A stretch of 64,000 nucleotides of DNA from Paragordius varius (taxonomy: Eukaryota; Animalia; Nematomorpha), in the NCBI GenBank assembly GCA_964247055.1, contig OZ176051.1, positions 7,068,001 through 7,132,000 of the forward strand, written 5' to 3'. A model generated the notes under the pieces. It saw nothing but the letters and a program-made list of their open reading frames with translations, was not told the DNA's origin and made no database searches. Both the position numbers and the translations under genes were made by a program. Below are positions 57,101 through 64,000 of the stretch, in pieces; the stretch's first letter is position 1, and each line of letters starts with the position of its first letter.

Positions 57101-60100
57101 CCAAGAATCTAAAAATTATATTAAAATATACTTTTAATTAGGAATATCGAACAATATTCCATCATCAACCAGTAATACCTAAAATATTAACTTAATTGTC
57201 CAAAAATCTAAAATTATTTTATAATATACATTTATTTAGGAATATCGAACAATATTCCATCATCCACCCGTAATACCTAAAATATAACTTACTTCTCGAA
57301 ATCTAAAATTATTTTATAATATACATTTATTTAGGAATATCGAACAATATTCCATCATCAACCAGTAATACCTAAAATATTAACTTACTTGTCCAAGAAT
57401 CTAAAAATTATATTAAAATATACTTTTAATTTGGAATATCGAACAATATTCCATCATCCACCCGTAATACCTAAATATTAACCTACTTGACAAGAATCTA
57501 AAAATTATATTAAAATATACTTATAATTCGGAATATCGAAAAATATTCCATCATCCACCCGTAATACCTAAATATTAACTTACTTGTCCAAGAATCTAAA
57601 AATTATATTAAAATATACTTTTAATTAGGAATATCGAACAATATTCCATCATCAACCAGTAATACCTAAAATATTAACTTAATTGTCCAAAAATCTAAAA
57701 TTATTTTATTATATACATTTATTTAGGAATATCGAACAATATTCCATCATCCACCCGTAATACCTAAAATATTAACTTACTTCTCGAAATCTAAAATTAT
57801 TTTATAGTATACATTTATTTAGGAATATCGAACAATATTCCATCATCCACCCGTAATACCTAAAATATTAACTTACTTGTCCAAGAATCTAAAAATTATA
57901 TTAAAATATACTTATAATTCGGAATATCGAACAATATTCCATCATCCACCCGTAATACCTAAATATTAACTTACTTGTCCAGGAATCTAAAAATTATATT
58001 AAAATATACTTATAATTCGTTGTCCAAGAATCTAAAAATTATATTAAAATATACTTATAATTAGGAATATCGAACAATATTCCATCATCCACCCGTAATA
58101 CCTAAATATTAACTTACTTGTCCAGGAATCTAAAAATTATATTAAAATATACTTATAATTCGTTGTCCAAGAATCTAAAAATTATATTAAAATATACTTA
58201 TAATTAGGAATATCGAACAATATTCCATCATCCACCCGTAATACCTAAATATTAACTTACTTGTCCAAGAATCTAAAAATTATATTAAAATATACTTTTA
58301 ATTTGGAATATCGAACAATATTCCATCATCCACCCGTAATACCTAAATATTAACTTACTTGTCCAAGAATCTAAAAATTATATTAAAATATACTTTTAAT
58401 TTGGAATATCGAACAATATTCCATCATCAACCAGTAATACCTAAATATTAACTTACTTGTCCAGGAATCTAAAAATTATATTAAAATATACTTATAATTC
58501 GTTGTCCAAGAATCTAAAAATTATATTAAAATATACTTATAATTAGGAATATCGAACAATATTCCATCATCCACCCGTAATACCTAAATATTAACTTACT
58601 TGTCCAAGAATCTAAAAATTATATTAAAATATACTTTTAATTTGGAATATCGAACAATATTCCATCATCCACCCGTAATACCTAAATATTAACTTACTTG
58701 TCCAAGAATCTAAAAATTATATTAAAATATACTTTTAATTTGGAATATCGAACAATATTCCATCATCCACCCGTAATACCTAAATATTAACTTACTTGTC
58801 CAGGAATCTAAAAATTATATTAAAATATACTTATAATTCGTTGTCCAAGAATCTAAAAATTATATTAAAATATACTTATAATTAGGAATATCGAACAATA
58901 TTCCATCATCCACCCGTAATACCTAAATATTAACTTACTTGTCCAAGAATCTAAAAATTATATTAAAATATACTTATAATTCGGAATATCGAACAATATT
59001 CCATCATCCACCCGTAATACCTAAATATTAACTTACTTGTCCAAGAATCTAAAAATTATATTAAAATATACTTTTAATTTGGAATATCGAACAATATTCC
59101 ATCATCCACCCGTAATACCTAAATATTAACTTACTTGTCCAAGAATCTAAAAATTATATTAAAATATACTTTTAATTAGGAATATCGAACAATATTCCAT
59201 CATCAACCAGTAATACCTAAAATATTAACTTAATTGTCCAAAAATCTAAAATTATTTTATAATGTACATTTATTTAGGAATATCGAACAATATTCCATCA
59301 TCAATCCGTAATACCTAAAATATTAACTTACTTGTGTAAGAATCTAAAATTTATATTAAAATATACTTTTAATTAGGAATATCGAGCAATATTCCATCAT
59401 CCACCCGTAATACCTAAATATTAACTTACTTGTCCAGGAATCTAAAAATTATATTAAAATATACTTATAATTCGTTGTCCAAGAATCTAAAAATTATATT
59501 AAAATATACTTATAATTCGGAATATCGAACAATATTCCATCATCCACCCGTAATACCTAAATATTAACTTACTTGTCCAGGAATCTAAAAATTATATTAA
59601 AATATACTTATAATTCGTTGTCCAAGAATCTAAAAATTATATTAAAATATACTTATAATTCGGAATATCGAACAATATTCCATCATCCACCCGTAATACC
59701 TAAATATTAACTTACTTGTCCAGGAATCTAAAAATTATATTAAAATATACTTATAATTCGTTGTCCAAGAATCTAAAAATTATATTAAAATATACTTATA
59801 ATTCGTTGTCCAAGAATCTAAAAATTATATTAAAATATACTTATAATTAGGAATATCGAACAATATTCCATCATCCACCCGTAATACCTAAATATTAACT
59901 TACTTGTCCAGGAATCTAAAAATTATATTAAAATATACTTATAATTCGTTGTCCAAGAATCTAAAAATTATATTAAAATATACTTATAATTAGGAATATC
60001 GAACAATATTCCATCATCCACCCGTAATACCTAAATATTAACTTACTTGTCCAGGAATCTAAAAATTATATTAAAATATACTTATAATTCGTTGTCCAAG

Positions 60101-63100
60101 AATCTAAAAATTATATTAAAATATACTTATAATTCGGAATATCGAACAATATTCCATCATCCACCCGTAATACCTAAATATTAACTTACTTGTCCAGGAA
60201 TCTAAAAATTATATTAAAATATACTTATAATTCGTTGTCCAAGAATCTAAAAATTATATTAAAATATACTTATAATTCGGAATATCGAACAATATTCCAT
60301 CATCCACCCGTAATACCTAAATATTAACTTACTTGTCCAGGAATCTAAAAATTATATTAAAATATACTTATAATTCGTTGTCCAAGAATCTAAAAATTAT
60401 ATTAAAATATACTTATAATTCGTTGTCCAAGAATCTAAAAATTATATTAAAATATACTTATAATTAGGAATATCGAACAATATTCCATCATCCACCCGTA
60501 ATACCTAAATATTAACTTACTTGTCCAGGAATCTAAAAATTATATTAAAATATACTTATAATTCGTTGTCCAAGAATCTAAAAATTATATTAAAATATAC
60601 TTATAATTAGGAATATCGAACAATATTCCATCATCCACCCGTAATACCTAAATATTAACTTACTTGTCCAGGAATCTAAAAATTATATTAAAATATACTT
60701 ATAATTCGTTGTCCAAGAATCTAAAAATTATATTAAAATATACTTATAATTAGGAATATCGAACAATATTCCATCATCCACCCGTAATACCTAAATATTA
60801 ACTTACTTGTCCAAGAATCTAAAAATTATATTAAAATATACTTATAATTCGGAATATCGAACAATATTCCATCATCCACCCGTAATACCTAAATATTAAC
60901 TTACTTGTCCAAGAATCTAAAAATTATATTAAAATATACTTTTAATTTGGAATATCGAACAATATTCCATCATCCACCCGTAATACCTAAATATTAACTT
61001 ACTTGTCCATGAATCTAAAAATTATATTAAAATATACTTTTAATTAGGAATATCGAACAATATTCCATCATCAACCAGTAATACCTAAAATATTAACTTA
61101 ATTGTCCAAAAATCTAAAATTATTTTATAATGTACATTTATTTAGGAATATCGAACAATATTCCATCATCAATCCGTAATACCTAAAATATTAACTTACT
61201 TGTGTAAGAATCTAAAATTTATATTAAAATATACTTTTAATTAGGAATATCGAGCAATATTCCATCATCCACCCGTAATACGTAAAATATTTACTTACTT
61301 CTCGAAGAATCTAAAATTATTTTATAATATACATTTATTTAGGAATATCGAACAATATTCCATCATCCACCCGTAATACCTAAATATTAACTTACTTGTC
61401 CAGGAATCTAAAAATTATATTAAAATATACTTATAATTCGTTGTCCAAGAATCTAAAAATTATATTAAAATATACTTATAATTCGGAATATCGAACAATA
61501 TTCCATCATCCACCCGTAATACCTAAATATTAACTTACTTGTCCAGGAATCTAAAAATTATATTAAAATATACTTATAATTCGTTGTCCAAGAATCTAAA
61601 AATTATATTAAAATATACTTATAATTCGGAATATCGAACAATATTCCATCATCCACCCGTAATACCTAAATATTAACTTACTTGTCCATAAATCTAAAAA
61701 TTATATTAAAATATACTTATAATTCGTTGTCCAAGAATCTAAAAATTATATTAAATTATACTTATAATTAGGAATATCGAACAATATTCCATCATCCACC
61801 CGTAATACCTAAATATTAACTTACTTGTCCAAGAATCTAAAAATTATATTAAAATATACTTATAATTCGGAATATCGAACAATATTCCATCATAGACCCC
61901 TAATACCTAAATATTAACTTACTTGTCCAAGAATCTAAAAATTATATTAAAATATACTTTTAATTCGGAATATCGAAAAATATTCCATCATCCACCCGTA
62001 ATACCTAAATATTAACTTACTTGTCCAAGAATCTAAAAATTATATTAAAATATACTTTTAATTTGGAATATCGAACAATATTCCATCATCCACCCGTAAT
62101 ACCTAAATATTAACTTACTTGTCCAAGAATCTAAAAATTATATTAAAATATACTTTTAATTAGGAATATCGAACAATATTCCATCATCAACCAGTAATAC
62201 CTAAAATATTAACTTAATTGTCCAAAAATCTAAAATTATTTTATAATGTACATTTATTTAGGAATATCGAACAATATTCCATCATCAATCCGTAATACCT
62301 AAAATATTAACTTACTTGTGTAAGAATCTAAAATTTATATTAAAATATACTTTTAATTAGGAATATCGAGCAATATTCCATCATCCACCCGTAATACGTA
62401 AAATATTAACTTACTTCTCGAAGAATCTAAAATTATTTTATAATATACATTTATTTAGGAATATCGAACAATATTCCATCATCAACCCGTAATACCTAAA
62501 ATATAAACTTACTTGTCCAAGAATCTAACAGTTATATTATAAAATACTTTTAATTCGTAATATCGAACAATATTCCATCATCCACCCGTAATACCTAAAT
62601 ATTAACTTACTTGTCCAAGAATCTAAAAATTATATTAAAATATACTTATAATTCGGAATATCGAACAATATTCCATCATCCACCCGTAATACCTAAAATA
62701 TTAACTTACTTCTCGAAGAATCTAAAATTATTTTATAATATACATTTATTTAGGAATATCGAACAATATTCCATCATCAACCCGTAATACCTAAAATATA
62801 AACTTACTTGTCCAAGAATCTAACAGTTATATTATAAAATACTTTTAATTCGTAATATCGAACAATATTCCATCATCCACCCGTAATACCTAAAATATTA
62901 ACTTACTTGTCCAAGAATCTAAAAATTATATTAAAATATACTTTTAATTAGGAATATCGAACAATATTCCATCATCAACCAGTAATACCTAAAATATTAA
63001 CTTAATTGTCCAAAAATCTAAAATTATTTTATAATATACATTTATTTAGGAATATCGAACAATATTCCATCATCCACCCGTAATACCTAAATATTAACTT

Positions 63101-64000
63101 ACTTGTCCAAGAATCTAAAAATTATATTAAAATATACTTATAATTCGGAATATTGAACAATATTCCATCATCCACCCGTAATACCTAAATTTTAATTTAC
63201 TTGTCCAAGAATCTAAAAATTATATTAAAATATACTTTTAATTAGGAATATCGAACAATATTCCATCATCCACCCGTAATACCTAAATATTAACTTACTT
63301 GTCCAAGAATCTAAAAATTATATTAAAATATACTTTTAATTAGGAATATCGAACAATATTCCATCATCAACCAGTAATACCTAAAATATTAACTTAATTG
63401 TCCAAAAATCTAAAATTATTTTATAATATACATTTATTTAGGAATATCGAACAATATTCCATCATCCACCCGTAATACCTAAAATATAACTTACTTCTCG
63501 AAATCTAAAATTATTTTATAATATACATTTATTTAGGAATATCGAACAATATTCCATCATCAACCAGTAATACCTAAAATATTAACTTACTTGTCCAAGA
63601 ATCTAAAAATTATATTAAAATATACTTTTAATTTGGAATATCGAACAATATTCCATCATCCACCCGTAATACCTAAATATTAACCTACTTGACAAGAATC
63701 TAAAAATTATATTAAAATATACTTTTAATTCGGGATATCGAAAAATATTCCATCATCCACCCGTAATACCTAAATATTAACTTACTTGTCCAAGAATCTA
63801 AAAATTATATTAAAATATACTTTTTATTCGGAATATCGAACAAAATTCCATCATCAACCCGTAATACCTAAAATATAAACTTACTTGTCCAAGAATCTTA
63901 AAGTTATATTATAAAATACTTTTAATTCGGAATATCGAACAAAATTCCATCATCAACCCGTAATACCTAAAATATTAACTTACTTGTCCAATAATCTAAA
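45155..64000. repeat. Tandem satellite array, 98-bp monomer, >=18.8 kb, continues beyond the right edge
   Basis: Consensus GGAATATCGAACAATATTCCATCATCCACCCGTAATACCTAAATATTAACTTACTTGTCCAAGAATCTAAAAATTATATTAAAATATACTTTTAATT(T/C/A); unit starts at 46590 and 46688 give 98 bp. Degenerate units occur at the left edge (45155-46000), and several recurring subtypes are present. No ORF in the supplied track. Confidence 0.98.

Noticed and set aside
45155-64000. CRISPR-like array
   Set aside because: Units are head-to-tail with no unique spacers, there are no cas genes, and the context is eukaryotic.
1-64000. Naming the species
   Set aside because: Tiny introns, high AT and divergent proteins suggest a reduced parasitic animal (for example a dicyemid or orthonectid), but this cannot be established without a database search.

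Overview
AT-rich animal (probably protostome) genomic DNA; not prokaryotic. Four spliced genes can be rebuilt by hand with consistent GT-AG phases: (1) the 5' part of a type IV collagen alpha1-like gene (minus, runs off the left edge); (2) Mediator subunit MED14 (minus, about 1480 codons); (3) a type-B carboxylesterase/neuroligin-like single-pass membrane protein with intact Ser-Glu-His motifs (plus, about 1069 aa), head-to-head with MED14 about 109 bp apart; (4) a sushi + F-type-lectin (FTP) single-pass receptor (minus, about 813 aa), tail-to-tail with gene 3. At least seven introns are only 23-29 nt long. Introns and intergenic DNA hold decayed DNA transposons: two Mos1-like mariners, Foldback-like elements with 21-bp subterminal arrays, and a CACTG-TIR element plus a related MITE. 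Right of gene 4 come a Gypsy pol remnant, a Harbinger transposase remnant, and a >=18.8 kb tandem satellite (98-bp monomer) with multi-kb internal duplications and an expanding 143-bp variant. All protein identifications come from motif recognition by eye; no database search was run.
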